Shown here piece by piece: positions 46,167 through 55,848 of a DNA stretch of 64,000 bases (position 1 is its first letter; each line of letters begins with the position of its first letter). The position numbers were made by a program, and so were the translations under genes. Below the pieces are notes generated by a model. It did not search any database. It saw only the letters and a program-made list of their open reading frames with translations, and had not been told where the DNA came from. Source of the DNA: a virus (lineage: Duplodnaviria; Caudoviricetes); IMG/VR virus record IMGVR_UViG_3300022074_005559. The stretch is one strand, 5' to 3'.

Positions 46167-47641
46167 ACCTTAACACCGTATCTTTCCTCGAAGCGATCTG
46201 CGTCACTGCGATTGTTTACCATGGGTTCGCCTTTGATGTTAAGACTGGTATTCAGCAACATAGGACAGCCTGTCATAAAGTACCACTTCTCAAGCAGTGC
46301 TCTTACTCCTGGGTGATCGTTTTTACCTACTGTTTGCACACGACTTGTGCCATCTTTGTGTACAATAGCAGGAAACAGTTCTGGGTTTTTGCAAATATAT
46401 GTTCCTTGCATGTATGGATTTTTATCATCCAGTAGATTACTAAAGTGTTCTGTAAAGTGTTCTTCTAATATCATGGGTGCAAATGGACGAAACTTTTGTC
46501 TGCGTTTAATATCATTTACACGATCCTTGATGTCCTCGCCACGTGGATCTGCAAGTAGACTGCGAGTGCCTAATGCTCTAGGACCAAACTCTGCACGACC
46601 AGTAGCAACACCCACAATCTTTTCAGTCATTAGTTCGCCTATTACAGCATCAACAGGATATTCGCCGCCCATGTCATGTCCTAGATAAGGACCTTGCCAG
46701 TTAAGACGTTTACCATAACGCAATGCCGCGCTGCCTAAACTACTGCCACAGTCACCTGGATTAGGCATAATCCACATATCAGCAACTTCTTTGCGTATCT
46801 TACTGTTAGCAACACAGTTAAGAGCAACACCGCCCATGAACACAAGATTGCGATTTCTGCCGCAGTGTGTTTTCACAAGATTCATAAGCAACTGTTCAAC
46901 GACTTTTTGTGCTCCTGCCGCTAGATCATACTTGCTAAGTCCAGTGCCTGCAAAGTAGTCCCCTGGTAAGCCAGCATGCATGTTTTCTGTAAATGTACAA
47001 CGTTCAGCATCATCCACAAGTTTACCAACTTCTTCAAATGCTGTTAAGTAAGGTTTGCCATATGCCGCCATGCCCATGAGGATGTATTCATCTTCCATGG
47101 GCTTTAATCCAACATAGTCTGTGATTGCACTGTACATTAATCCAATACTGTGAGGATACTTCTGCCCCCATACTTTTTGGTACTGCGCATATCCTTCTGC
47201 ATCATAATGTGCGTCCCATACAGAGATTGTATCCCACTCTCCAATAGCATCTACTACTAGTACAGTAGCAGTGTCGTAAGGACTTGTTTGGAATCCTGCT
47301 GCGGCATGTGTAAGGTGATGATTGTGATAGGCTATGTGCATATCGAAATCAAAGTATTCATGTGCAGCACTGATTTGACGTTCTGGACTTGGTGTCGAAA
47401 ATATTTTACGCCATTCGCCACTGCGCAACTGACGTATTTGTTTTATTAGTGGACGTTCATACCAACTAATATCACTAGGCTCGCCGTAACTCAGTGCATC
47501 ATCTAACAGTGCATGGTTAAGATTGGCATCGTTTTTAACACCACTGTATCTTTCAGCATGTCCCGCGAATAGTATGTTTCCGTTTAAGTCGATTACTGTT
47601 GCGCCAGCATCGTGAAATCCTGCGCTAAGTCCTAGATACAA
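46157..47641 (-). CDS. carbamoyltransferase (NodU/CmcH/TobZ family)
   Basis: GFHDAGA, HHLTHAA, DAIGE, GGVALNC, GRAEFGPRALG.RS, RFRPFAP, LNTSLN; start uncertain. Confidence 0.93.
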   Translation of the reverse strand: MYLGLSAGFHDAGATVIDLNGNILFAGHAERYSGVKNDANLNHALLDDALSYGEPSDISWYERPLIKQIRQLRSGEWRKIFSTPSPERQISAAHEYFDFDMHIAYHNHHLTHAAAGFQTSPYDTATVLVVDAIGEWDTISVWDAHYDAEGYAQYQKVWGQKYPHSIGLMYSAITDYVGLKPMEDEYILMGMAAYGKPYLTAFEEVGKLVDDAERCTFTENMHAGLPGDYFAGTGLSKYDLAAGAQKVVEQLLMNLVKTHCGRNRNLVFMGGVALNCVANSKIRKEVADMWIMPNPGDCGSSLGSAALRYGKRLNWQGPYLGHDMGGEYPVDAVIGELMTEKIVGVATGRAEFGPRALGTRSLLADPRGEDIKDRVNDIKRRQKFRPFAPMILEEHFTEHFSNLLDDKNPYMQGTYICKNPELFPAIVHKDGTSRVQTVGKNDHPGVRALLEKWYFMTGCPMLLNTSLNIKGEPMVNNRSDADRFEERYGVKVCS

Positions 47642-48344
47642 AAGCCCGCTCCTGTACAAAAGTTCCGGCTGTCTTCTTATTTCCTTCTTCCCATCCATTG
47701 TTGGTGAGAAGTTGTTTTACATCGTTATTGAAACCCATGCTACCACAAATCATTACTTTGTCTTTGCTAGCAACACTGTCTGTCATCAATGTTCCCTGTT
47801 TGATCATTGTGGTAATACGTTGATTGCAACCAGTCCATTCTCTGTCCTGAGTTACAATAGGTGTGTAGTCAATGGGCAACTCTTGTAGAAACTCATGATA
47901 ACTGTGTAGCTCTGCAGGTGTTCTCACACTCCAAGCAACATGTATTTTATCAAAACTATCAAACGTTTCTGGATCACGCAGTAAACTTATAAAAGGCGCA
48001 ATGCCTGTGCCTGTTGCTAGCATCCATAAGTTGCCGCCCAGTTCTAAGTTTGCAAGTGTTAGTGTACCCGTAGGTTTGTTGCCTACTTCAATAGTATCTC
48101 CAACACGAATGTGTTGCAGTCTACTTGTAAGCGGCCCATCTTGAACTTTAATACTGTAGAACTCTATATAGTCATCATACGGACCGCTTGTGTAACTGTA
48201 CGCTCTATTAATGTCATCATCACCCATGCCAATCATAGTAAACTGTCCAGCAGTGTATCTATAACTTACAGGACGTTCAGTGCGTATTCTAAAAAGCGTA
48301 TCTGTGTAGTGCTCTACTTCAATAACTTTTAAAAAATCACTCAT
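47625..48344 (-). CDS. fpr: ferredoxin/flavodoxin-NADP+ reductase
   Basis: GQF, RAYS, GPLTS, ATGTGIAPF, MICGS, ERAF. Confidence 0.92.
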   Translation of the reverse strand: MSDFLKVIEVEHYTDTLFRIRTERPVSYRYTAGQFTMIGMGDDDINRAYSYTSGPYDDYIEFYSIKVQDGPLTSRLQHIRVGDTIEVGNKPTGTLTLANLELGGNLWMLATGTGIAPFISLLRDPETFDSFDKIHVAWSVRTPAELHSYHEFLQELPIDYTPIVTQDREWTGCNQRITTMIKQGTLMTDSVASKDKVMICGSMGFNNDVKQLLTNNGWEEGNKKTAGTFVQERAFVSRT

Positions 48345-48445
48345 TTGTATATAAAAGGATCCCGTTTTTTAAGTTCTTTTAAACGCTTGCGGTAGCGTAG
48401 TTCCATTTTAATTTTATTATAAATCTTTTTAAACCAGTTAACCAC
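48341..48445 (-). CDS. small basic protein (34 aa, not in ORF track)
   Basis: MVNWFKKIYNKIKMELRYRKRLKELKKRDPFIYK; ATGA-coupled to fpr. Confidence 0.65.
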   Translation of the reverse strand: MVNWFKKIYNKIKMELRYRKRLKELKKRDPFIYK

Positions 48446-48623
48446 TGACATATATTTCCTCATCCTCAGGTCTGTACCAAACTTTTTGGTGATAAAACTT
48501 TCCGAGAAGTTCTTGTACTTCTTTAGCTCTATTAGGCTGTGTTTGCTGATAACTTATTAAACTCATTTCAATAAGTGCAAGTTCTTTTACTGTTAGTTTA
48601 AAATCTTCATTGGGTTTAACCAT
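48438..48623 (-). CDS. small hypothetical protein
   Basis: 61 aa, ends QKVWYRP...YVSG. Confidence 0.7.
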   Translation of the reverse strand: MVKPNEDFKLTVKELALIEMSLISYQQTQPNRAKEVQELLGKFYHQKVWYRPEDEEIYVSG

Positions 48624-49037
48624 TTATAGTTCACCGTCCTCTCTCATTTTTGCTCTAATATTTGTAGCACTAATATTATGTATGTCAGCACCTAAGTCAT
48701 GTTCTGTGAATGTGTAGCCTACACCTCTGCCGTAACTAATGTCTACAATATTTGGTACACGCATAATGATGTACTCTCGTGCATATTCATACCCTGCAGC
48801 ACTTAGTCCTTCTTTAATATTCTTAAACACTGTTTCTTGGTCAAATGGATTATCAGTTTGTGCGGCTGTGCGTCCTGCGCCAGCGTCATTGCCTACGATA
48901 CCGCCTACGTCACGCACCATAATACATACTTGTCCTGTTTCTGCAAGTGCCCGTTCGAACAGTGCAGTGTGTCCATCATGCCATGGTTGCCATCTACCTA
49001 GCATTTCTGTTGTAGGCTTTTGCCAATCAAAACTCAT
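48624..49037 (-). CDS. HIGH-family nucleotidyltransferase (cytidylyltransferase-like)
   Basis: GRWQPWHDGH, ISYGRGVGY, ISATNIR. Confidence 0.8.
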   Translation of the reverse strand: MSFDWQKPTTEMLGRWQPWHDGHTALFERALAETGQVCIMVRDVGGIVGNDAGAGRTAAQTDNPFDQETVFKNIKEGLSAAGYEYAREYIIMRVPNIVDISYGRGVGYTFTEHDLGADIHNISATNIRAKMREDGEL

Positions 49038-49513
49038 TATATTCTCTCCGTTGGTTTATTTTGCATTCTTAACATATAGTTGTTTACTACTTTACATAGT
49101 TCAGCATGTGTGTCATTGAACCATTCTGCTACATGATAGTCGCACAGTGGCGGTGCTTCAAACATTTTATTTGTTTGTTCAAATGTACTGCCTGGTGCGG
49201 CTGGTCCGTTCACACTTTGTGATTCTTTTACTGTGTCCATCCATACTGTAAAGTCTGGATCAAACTGTGCTCTTGCTGCTTCTGTTGGACATACAAAGTC
49301 TGCTACAGCAATTTTACCTGCCATTACAACTCCATCGCTAAGAAAGCGCATACGCAGTGCCTGTCTCATCCTGCCTTCTGGAGTAAAGTCCCAATCATCG
49401 TAATGGGTGCGTACTTTATCTGCATTGATCCATACAGCGCCTAATAGTTCTGCAAGTGGTTCGGCAAGTGTGCTTTTACCACTGCCTGGTAGCCCAAATA
49501 TTAATATTTTCAT
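49037..49513 (-). CDS. adenylylsulfate kinase-like P-loop kinase
   Basis: GLPGSGKST, NADKVR, DFTPEGR..Q, DFVCP. Confidence 0.75.
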   Translation of the reverse strand: MKILIFGLPGSGKSTLAEPLAELLGAVWINADKVRTHYDDWDFTPEGRMRQALRMRFLSDGVVMAGKIAVADFVCPTEAARAQFDPDFTVWMDTVKESQSVNGPAAPGSTFEQTNKMFEAPPLCDYHVAEWFNDTHAELCKVVNNYMLRMQNKPTERI

Positions 49514-50598
49514 GATAAACTCTCGATTTGTCTTTGTTCGTGATCTGCGTTACTCCAGTGATAATCAAAAGTTGCACTGACTGTGTCGCATTCGATCTTG
49601 TAAATGTCTAGGAAGTCGCCCAGTTTTTGCCAAATCTCTTCGGCAGTGTCTGTTCCAAAACTATTTAGCAAGTCAACTTGACCTATGTTTAAATAACCAC
49701 TGCTAAGGCTAGGATCGTCTGGATTAAAATCATTTGCTGTAAGCCAACTTCTAAATGCATCTATTTCATCTACAAACCAACTTTGTTGAGGATTGTAAGT
49801 AATGCTGTTGCCCCATTCAATGTCAAACTCTCCACTGTAATACTGCAAGTGTGTAATAGCTTCGCATACAGTAGCAGTAAGTTCTGGGGCATGCTCGTCT
49901 CTGAATACTTCAATAAGTGTTTTACCTATTTGACACCAATGCATGTACACACCGCCTAGCACACGGTCATAGCCATTTTCTACAAAGCCCAATCTGTGTT
50001 CATCTGTAAGTGTGCGTCTTGGGCAACGAAGAAATGTTGTGATCTGACTAGGGCGTACCCATTGCGGTGCTTGTATGATTTTACGTCTACTTAAACACAG
50101 TGTTTCCATTTCGTGGCAAATATTGTTTAACTGACGCACTGCATGACGTACACTTGGTGACATGTGTTCAGTGTATTCACTTGGATTTTCAACTGTGCCT
50201 TCCAGCACTTCAAAATGATTGTGCAGTTTATTCATTACTTCGTGTTTAACTTGGCGTCCTTTATTAAGCGGACTATCATCCATTCTGCCCACAGGATATT
50301 CATCGCCGAATGTAACCACGTCTGGGGCAAACCATTCTTCAATCATATAGTCTAAACCGCTTTGATTTATTGTAAAGATATGACGATTAAGTTCTTTGCA
50401 TAAAAAATCTAAACTGCGTTGTGTATAAGGAAAACCGTGAAAGCAATAGTTCTTTTCTAGGTGCAAACTTTTTAGCAGTACATCTTGCTTGAGTGCTATA
50501 ATCCAGTCTTGCGCAAGTTGATTGTCTGCCGGGTGTATATTATAATCCAACAGTTCTCCGGTTTTATAGTTACGCAGCACTACTTTAACAGATTTCAT
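49510..50598 (-). CDS. conserved hypothetical protein of phage tailoring islands
   Basis: 362 aa; NKLHNHFE, QLNNICHEME, YMHWCQIGKT motifs; no function recognised. Confidence 0.75.
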   Translation of the reverse strand: MKSVKVVLRNYKTGELLDYNIHPADNQLAQDWIIALKQDVLLKSLHLEKNYCFHGFPYTQRSLDFLCKELNRHIFTINQSGLDYMIEEWFAPDVVTFGDEYPVGRMDDSPLNKGRQVKHEVMNKLHNHFEVLEGTVENPSEYTEHMSPSVRHAVRQLNNICHEMETLCLSRRKIIQAPQWVRPSQITTFLRCPRRTLTDEHRLGFVENGYDRVLGGVYMHWCQIGKTLIEVFRDEHAPELTATVCEAITHLQYYSGEFDIEWGNSITYNPQQSWFVDEIDAFRSWLTANDFNPDDPSLSSGYLNIGQVDLLNSFGTDTAEEIWQKLGDFLDIYKIECDTVSATFDYHWSNADHEQRQIESLS

Positions 50599-51862
50599 TC
50601 CACCATTCCTTCACTTTACTGTCCATGAGTGTATCCTCAAAGCGCATACCTCCTCTGAGATTATCCATTGCTTGCATACGCCACTTGCCACTTATACGAG
50701 CTTTGGCATATTCATCTGGATATTGTTCTTCAAAGACAGGACGCTCAAGTAAACTCTTAAGCATGTTTCTTATTGTAACATTGTCTACGCCAGTAGTCAA
50801 TAACAGTTGGTTTACTACAAAGTCTAAATGTTTGCGTGGAAGGAAAAGAGGACTCATTGCAATATCTGGAGTAAAGGCAAATGTTACTTTTGCTAATATG
50901 TCTGCATCGTACTTTTTTGCAAGGTCACAGATGAAAGGTATTTCCCAAAGCCCAGGCAGTGTTAGTGTAAAGTCAATGCGCATTTTTCTTCTGTCGTTGC
51001 CCGCATATTCTCTGCCTTGTGCAAAATATTCTTCCCACTGCACCCAGTCTAATCCTGTGCGGATGTATTCACCCACTGCACCTGTGCCATCTATACTAGC
51101 ACATACTTGCCAATCTCTTACATGTGCAAGTATGTCCTTATAAAGATTAACGCCTTTGTAATCAACGCGACTGAGATTAGTGTTATACCGTGCATAGAGA
51201 TTAGGACCATCGCCTAGTTCAACAATGCGGCGCATGTAACGCCAATGTTGCTCATACATAAGTGGCTCTCCGCCTACCCAGTATACTTCTTCAATACGAT
51301 GCTGCTCAACAGCATCACTAAACTCTTGCTCTACTACATCTGCTTGAAAAGTTTCAATAGCCTTTTTTACAGGCTTTTCCATCCAAGGTTCAACTTTGCC
51401 TTGCTTGCGAGCTTCTGTTTCCCAACTACTACTTAACATTGGACCGCACATACGACATTTAAAGTTGCACAAGTTACTGAAACGATAATCCCAACTAACA
51501 GGTTTCATTGTTGTGTACCCGTCCCAGTCTGTGTGTGCTACGACATCTTCGTATTTGTGTGAAAACAAATGATTGAAATAATCTCTGTATACGTCTTGGT
51601 TAAGCAGTCTTTTATCGCATACTTGACATGCATCTGGCACTTCGTTGCGCAACATCTGCATGCGTATATTGCGTATGTGTTCACCATTCCACCATTCATC
51701 CAGTGTTTGTGGTTTGTACTCGTTAGTGCCTTCTGCTGTGTCGATGTACTGTTTAAAGTTTTGTGCTGGCTCGCGGCTGGCGCAACACAGTCTGCGTTCA
51801 CTTTGTGGACTTAGATAAGTGTGCGTCCATGGTGCCATGCATAGGTTATCTGGTTTGTTCAT
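50585..51862 (-). CDS. radical SAM protein with N-terminal Fe-S (SPASM-like) domain
   Basis: N-terminal CMAPW...LCC...CQVC; core CNFKCRMC, GGEP, YNTN, SIDG. Confidence 0.9.
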   Translation of the reverse strand: MNKPDNLCMAPWTHTYLSPQSERRLCCASREPAQNFKQYIDTAEGTNEYKPQTLDEWWNGEHIRNIRMQMLRNEVPDACQVCDKRLLNQDVYRDYFNHLFSHKYEDVVAHTDWDGYTTMKPVSWDYRFSNLCNFKCRMCGPMLSSSWETEARKQGKVEPWMEKPVKKAIETFQADVVEQEFSDAVEQHRIEEVYWVGGEPLMYEQHWRYMRRIVELGDGPNLYARYNTNLSRVDYKGVNLYKDILAHVRDWQVCASIDGTGAVGEYIRTGLDWVQWEEYFAQGREYAGNDRRKMRIDFTLTLPGLWEIPFICDLAKKYDADILAKVTFAFTPDIAMSPLFLPRKHLDFVVNQLLLTTGVDNVTIRNMLKSLLERPVFEEQYPDEYAKARISGKWRMQAMDNLRGGMRFEDTLMDSKVKEWWNEIC

Positions 51863-52415
51863 GATAATACTCTGCTACTTGGTTGTGTATGTTTTGATCA
51901 TCAATATGAAAACAAGGAACAAACTTCAAACTATCTCCATAGTCCCAAAGATTATATTTACTTCTATGCGAATCATAATATGTAAAATATCGTTGTGTTA
52001 CTCCCCATTTAGGATGTTCGAATCCTCCTTGGTCAAACAAGAATGGAATACCACTTTGATCTAATCTAGACAACACACCTTCAATGATACATTTATTTTT
52101 GTATATTTCTCTATCTAAATCAAAAAACTCCGCTGTCCAACTTTTAATAATGTCTCGTTGTACACTGTTTAATCCGCTGGTGATAAGATTTTGTATTGTG
52201 TAAGGTCCCGATTCATGCTCGTAACGGCAACTGCTGGTAAACAAAACAATGACGAACTCCGCTCGTTGTTCTATAGCAATGTCTACTTGCTTACTAATCA
52301 TAACATTGCTAGCACATACTTCGCCAAGACTCGTACAGTCTAATAGTTCATGCCATGGAGTTATATCACTACGGGGATCACTGCTTGCAAAACTATCTCC
52401 ACATACATATATCAT
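51846..52415 (-). CDS. SGNH hydrolase-like protein
   Basis: VCGDSF, ASNVMI, FHIDD..IH. Confidence 0.55.
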   Translation of the reverse strand: MIYVCGDSFASSDPRSDITPWHELLDCTSLGEVCASNVMISKQVDIAIEQRAEFVIVLFTSSCRYEHESGPYTIQNLITSGLNSVQRDIIKSWTAEFFDLDREIYKNKCIIEGVLSRLDQSGIPFLFDQGGFEHPKWGVTQRYFTYYDSHRSKYNLWDYGDSLKFVPCFHIDDQNIHNQVAEYYHEQTR

Positions 52416-53368
52416 GATTCTATAAACTCCATTAATGGATCAACAAGTTGTTCAACAAACAACTGTTTTACAATGCTGGGATTGTAAAAATGTTTTTTAT
52501 TATGTACAAGTATACGCTGAGTTTCACTATCTGTAAAGATAGTTTTGTCGGCAATGATATCTTTTACTACTGTGTGTATCATATCCAGTCTGACTTGTTC
52601 ATCAGATTCTGTGTCGTACCCTTCGTCGATAGCATGAGAGAAAGTTTCAAACCCTAGTCTCTGCATTTCAGCTAGTGTGCCTTGTTGTCCATAAACAACA
52701 TAAGCATGCTCGAATGCCATTGGTTTAAATATTTTTTCACTGACATGTATCCAGTTTCTACTGCGGTCTTGTACGCTTACATCTTTTACTGTGCTTTCAC
52801 TTACTAAACTAAAGCGTGTATCTCTATACCAGTCTGGGTTTATATGCCGTTGCCAGTTTTCATCGTAAGGTGCATCCACAGCATTTTGTAATGTTATGTC
52901 GTTGCCTACATAACTGTAAATATTATCATCTAGTACACTATAAAACTTTCTATATAAATCATTTCTCCATCCAGTGCGCATATGCATCAAACAAATAAAA
53001 TCTCGAGTTGGATTATGCTCAACGGGTTTATTATACCCTAGTGCAGTGTACCAAATACTTTCATGCCAACGTATAAAATCACGTGGACGTAATGTGTAAT
53101 CTGCCGCAAAGTCTAGATGTCCATCCCAGCAGTCCCAGCACTTGTCAATGATTAATCTCATGCCTCTGTCTCTGAGTGCAAGTTCGTCCTGTGCATTGCC
53201 AGTACAAAACTCATGATAATCAACGACTACCACTGTGTTTTTTACATCATAGTATTTTGCAGTGTCTAGTAGTTCAACGTTAAAATATTCAGCAAGATGA
53301 TCTTCCATAAACCAGTTACTGAATATAGTTTTGTCTTGACTTATTAGCAGTGTAGGTTTACAGTTCAT
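52412..53368 (-). CDS. exostosin/GT10-like glycosyltransferase-like protein
   Basis: FSLVSES...SEKIFKP...G....RLGFETF...YD. Confidence 0.5.
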   Translation of the reverse strand: MNCKPTLLISQDKTIFSNWFMEDHLAEYFNVELLDTAKYYDVKNTVVVVDYHEFCTGNAQDELALRDRGMRLIIDKCWDCWDGHLDFAADYTLRPRDFIRWHESIWYTALGYNKPVEHNPTRDFICLMHMRTGWRNDLYRKFYSVLDDNIYSYVGNDITLQNAVDAPYDENWQRHINPDWYRDTRFSLVSESTVKDVSVQDRSRNWIHVSEKIFKPMAFEHAYVVYGQQGTLAEMQRLGFETFSHAIDEGYDTESDEQVRLDMIHTVVKDIIADKTIFTDSETQRILVHNKKHFYNPSIVKQLFVEQLVDPLMEFIES

Positions 53369-54539
53369 ATCCTATAACCTTTGCCATCTTAGCGTGGCTT
53401 TCTGCAAAGTTTTGATTGCGATATAAATCTGTTAGTCTTAGTTTTGTGTGCAACCCTTGTGCATCTTGCGTTCTGCTATGCATGACTAACTCTTTTATAC
53501 TGTGAATGTCTTGTGCATACTTTGCCCATTTCACTTGACATTTTTGCAAGTATAACATTAATACACTTTGCGCACTGTTGGGTGTGTTAACAATACTGAA
53601 CTCCCAAGGGTCATGCATTAGGTTAAAATGCACACTGTCAAAGTCCATGGTTTCTGCCCAAGTTAATACTTCGTCCATATAGTATACATTTTGTAGATTC
53701 CATGTTACACATAACTGTGTAGTAATAGGGTAACCTTGATCTCTAAGTTGATTTACTTTTTTAATATTATTATTTGCAGTACGCCACTTAGCACCGTAGC
53801 GTTCATATTCAAAACGTTTACCTGTGTTGTCCACACTGAATGCTATTTGCACATGTTTAAAATGTTGCCATATTGTAGGATCTTTTGGATATTGTGTTGC
53901 GTTTGTATTATAATGAATATCAATATCTTTTGCATAACCACGATCCACTGCACCTTGTAGTAAATCAAAATGCTGTTTAATCATCCATGGCTCACCACCA
54001 GTAAACTCAAAATACTTTATTTGCGGTAACAGTTCGTCCATGTTATCCCAGAATGTTTTACTCTTTCTGGGCCATTGTCCATCTTTTAACCATTTGTATG
54101 CACTGTGTTCTTTTGCAGGGATTTGATCAGCAACATAATCTATTTCTTCCTGTGCCCACTTACTACTGCTCCAACTACCACAGATACGACATTTAAGATT
54201 ACATATGTTGCCTAGTTTTAAATCTATAAACTGTAGTTCGTGTCCCGTTTCAACTGCGTCCCAGTCTACTTCTATGTGCTTGAACTTTTCCAACATATAC
54301 TGACGTTTGCTTTTCTTACCAGCACCTTCTTCACGCCAGCAGTTACGACACTGCCCTGGTTCTTTGTTGTCTCTAAATGCTGCACGGAGATTCTGCATAT
54401 ACTCGCTGTTAAAGCCGTCTTGCAGTGTGTGCGTTTTAAGATTCATATCCGGTATTTCATTAGTGGTTAAACAACAAGGACGCATTGTTCCCAATGGCGT
54501 TGTTTCAATGCTGATCCATGGCAGTATACATTTAGGCAT
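53358..54539 (-). CDS. radical SAM protein with N-terminal Fe-S domain
   Basis: CILPW...PCC...CRNC; CNLKCRIC; TGGEP; YNTN; SVD. Confidence 0.9.
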   Translation of the reverse strand: MPKCILPWISIETTPLGTMRPCCLTTNEIPDMNLKTHTLQDGFNSEYMQNLRAAFRDNKEPGQCRNCWREEGAGKKSKRQYMLEKFKHIEVDWDAVETGHELQFIDLKLGNICNLKCRICGSWSSSKWAQEEIDYVADQIPAKEHSAYKWLKDGQWPRKSKTFWDNMDELLPQIKYFEFTGGEPWMIKQHFDLLQGAVDRGYAKDIDIHYNTNATQYPKDPTIWQHFKHVQIAFSVDNTGKRFEYERYGAKWRTANNNIKKVNQLRDQGYPITTQLCVTWNLQNVYYMDEVLTWAETMDFDSVHFNLMHDPWEFSIVNTPNSAQSVLMLYLQKCQVKWAKYAQDIHSIKELVMHSRTQDAQGLHTKLRLTDLYRNQNFAESHAKMAKVIGYEL

Positions 54540-55848
54540 ATTTGCGCAACCTTTCTAGTTCTGGAAATACTGTCCAAAAACTTTCATCCCTGAACCCGTC
54601 CATTTCGTCATTTTTTTCTACAAACTGCGGTAATAAATGACTGTTGTCTGCGCTATTCATGAATGTCATTGCACTGCGAAATCCATTTGTTGCACGAGTA
54701 AGATAGTCACCTTCTGTAGCAATCCATGCAATGTGTTCGTTGTATAGTTGTTCAAGTTCTGCTTTCATGTCTGCAGGCAATATGTCTAATCTAAAACGAT
54801 CAGGGTCTTGCAGTATGTTAACATTAAAATCTTCTGCTTTAATCAATCCTAGCTCAACCCATTCTTTATGGAAGTCTAGTATATTGTAAGCATTCATAAC
54901 ACTTAGCGTAGCACTTATATAAAAGTCTACTGTAGGACAAACTTCAAGCATACGCCGGCGGTTCTCTACAACTTGATTCCAATCTGTGCCTTTGCGCATA
55001 AGTTCGCCACGAGCATGATTAGCATCTAGACTGGCACCAATACTTACTACATCAAACTTATTCCATAAGTCAAGTACGTCTTGTTGTTTAAACACTAGCT
55101 CTGTAAAGTTTGTGTTATAGTTAAGACGTACATCTGTTCTACCTCGTTCAATAAGTGCATTAAGTAGATTATAATGCTCTTTCATCATAAGTGGTTCGCC
55201 GCCCGCAAAATAAACATTTTCAATACTGTCTAGATGTGGCTGTAGTTGTTCCCACATATCCATTTCATAACGACCTGTATAACTTACGTTAGGATGATCT
55301 TTTGCTAGCCAACCATATTTTTTTGCTTCTTTTACCCAGTTACTACTAAAAATATCACCGCAGGTTCTGCAACTTAGATTACACAAGTTACTAAAGCGAA
55401 TGTCATAGTAAGTTAGTTTAAACTCATCGAGGCTTCCGTCTGTGTTTGTTGCATCTGCTTTTCCAATGTGATGTCCGTGATTTTTATTTGCACTGTAGCG
55501 CATGCTTACAAAACCGCTGCTTTCTTGTTCATAGCATTTAGTACACTGACTGCATGGTTTATCTTGCAGCATGTTTACACGCATCTGTTTAAGATCATCA
55601 CTGTTCCATATTTCTTCCATTGTGCTTTCTCTGAGTGTGCCCAATGGCTGATCCATTCGTGCAAGACAGCAAGGATATGCTTCGCCTGTAGGAAATGCAT
55701 GCAAATGTACCCAAGGTAGAATACAAAAACTTTCGCTTGTAAGTAATCTGTCTCGCTGTGTATCTGTTAAATCTTCGACATCTATATACACAGGTTTACG
55801 AGTATGATAGTCATAGTTTTTGTAGTAGTTTGCTATATCATCGGTCAT
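54532..55848 (-). CDS. radical SAM protein with N-terminal Fe-S domain
   Basis: CILPWVH...PCC...CTKC; CNLSCRTC; AGGEP; YNTN; SLD. Confidence 0.9.
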   Translation of the reverse strand: MTDDIANYYKNYDYHTRKPVYIDVEDLTDTQRDRLLTSESFCILPWVHLHAFPTGEAYPCCLARMDQPLGTLRESTMEEIWNSDDLKQMRVNMLQDKPCSQCTKCYEQESSGFVSMRYSANKNHGHHIGKADATNTDGSLDEFKLTYYDIRFSNLCNLSCRTCGDIFSSNWVKEAKKYGWLAKDHPNVSYTGRYEMDMWEQLQPHLDSIENVYFAGGEPLMMKEHYNLLNALIERGRTDVRLNYNTNFTELVFKQQDVLDLWNKFDVVSIGASLDANHARGELMRKGTDWNQVVENRRRMLEVCPTVDFYISATLSVMNAYNILDFHKEWVELGLIKAEDFNVNILQDPDRFRLDILPADMKAELEQLYNEHIAWIATEGDYLTRATNGFRSAMTFMNSADNSHLLPQFVEKNDEMDGFRDESFWTVFPELERLRKYA

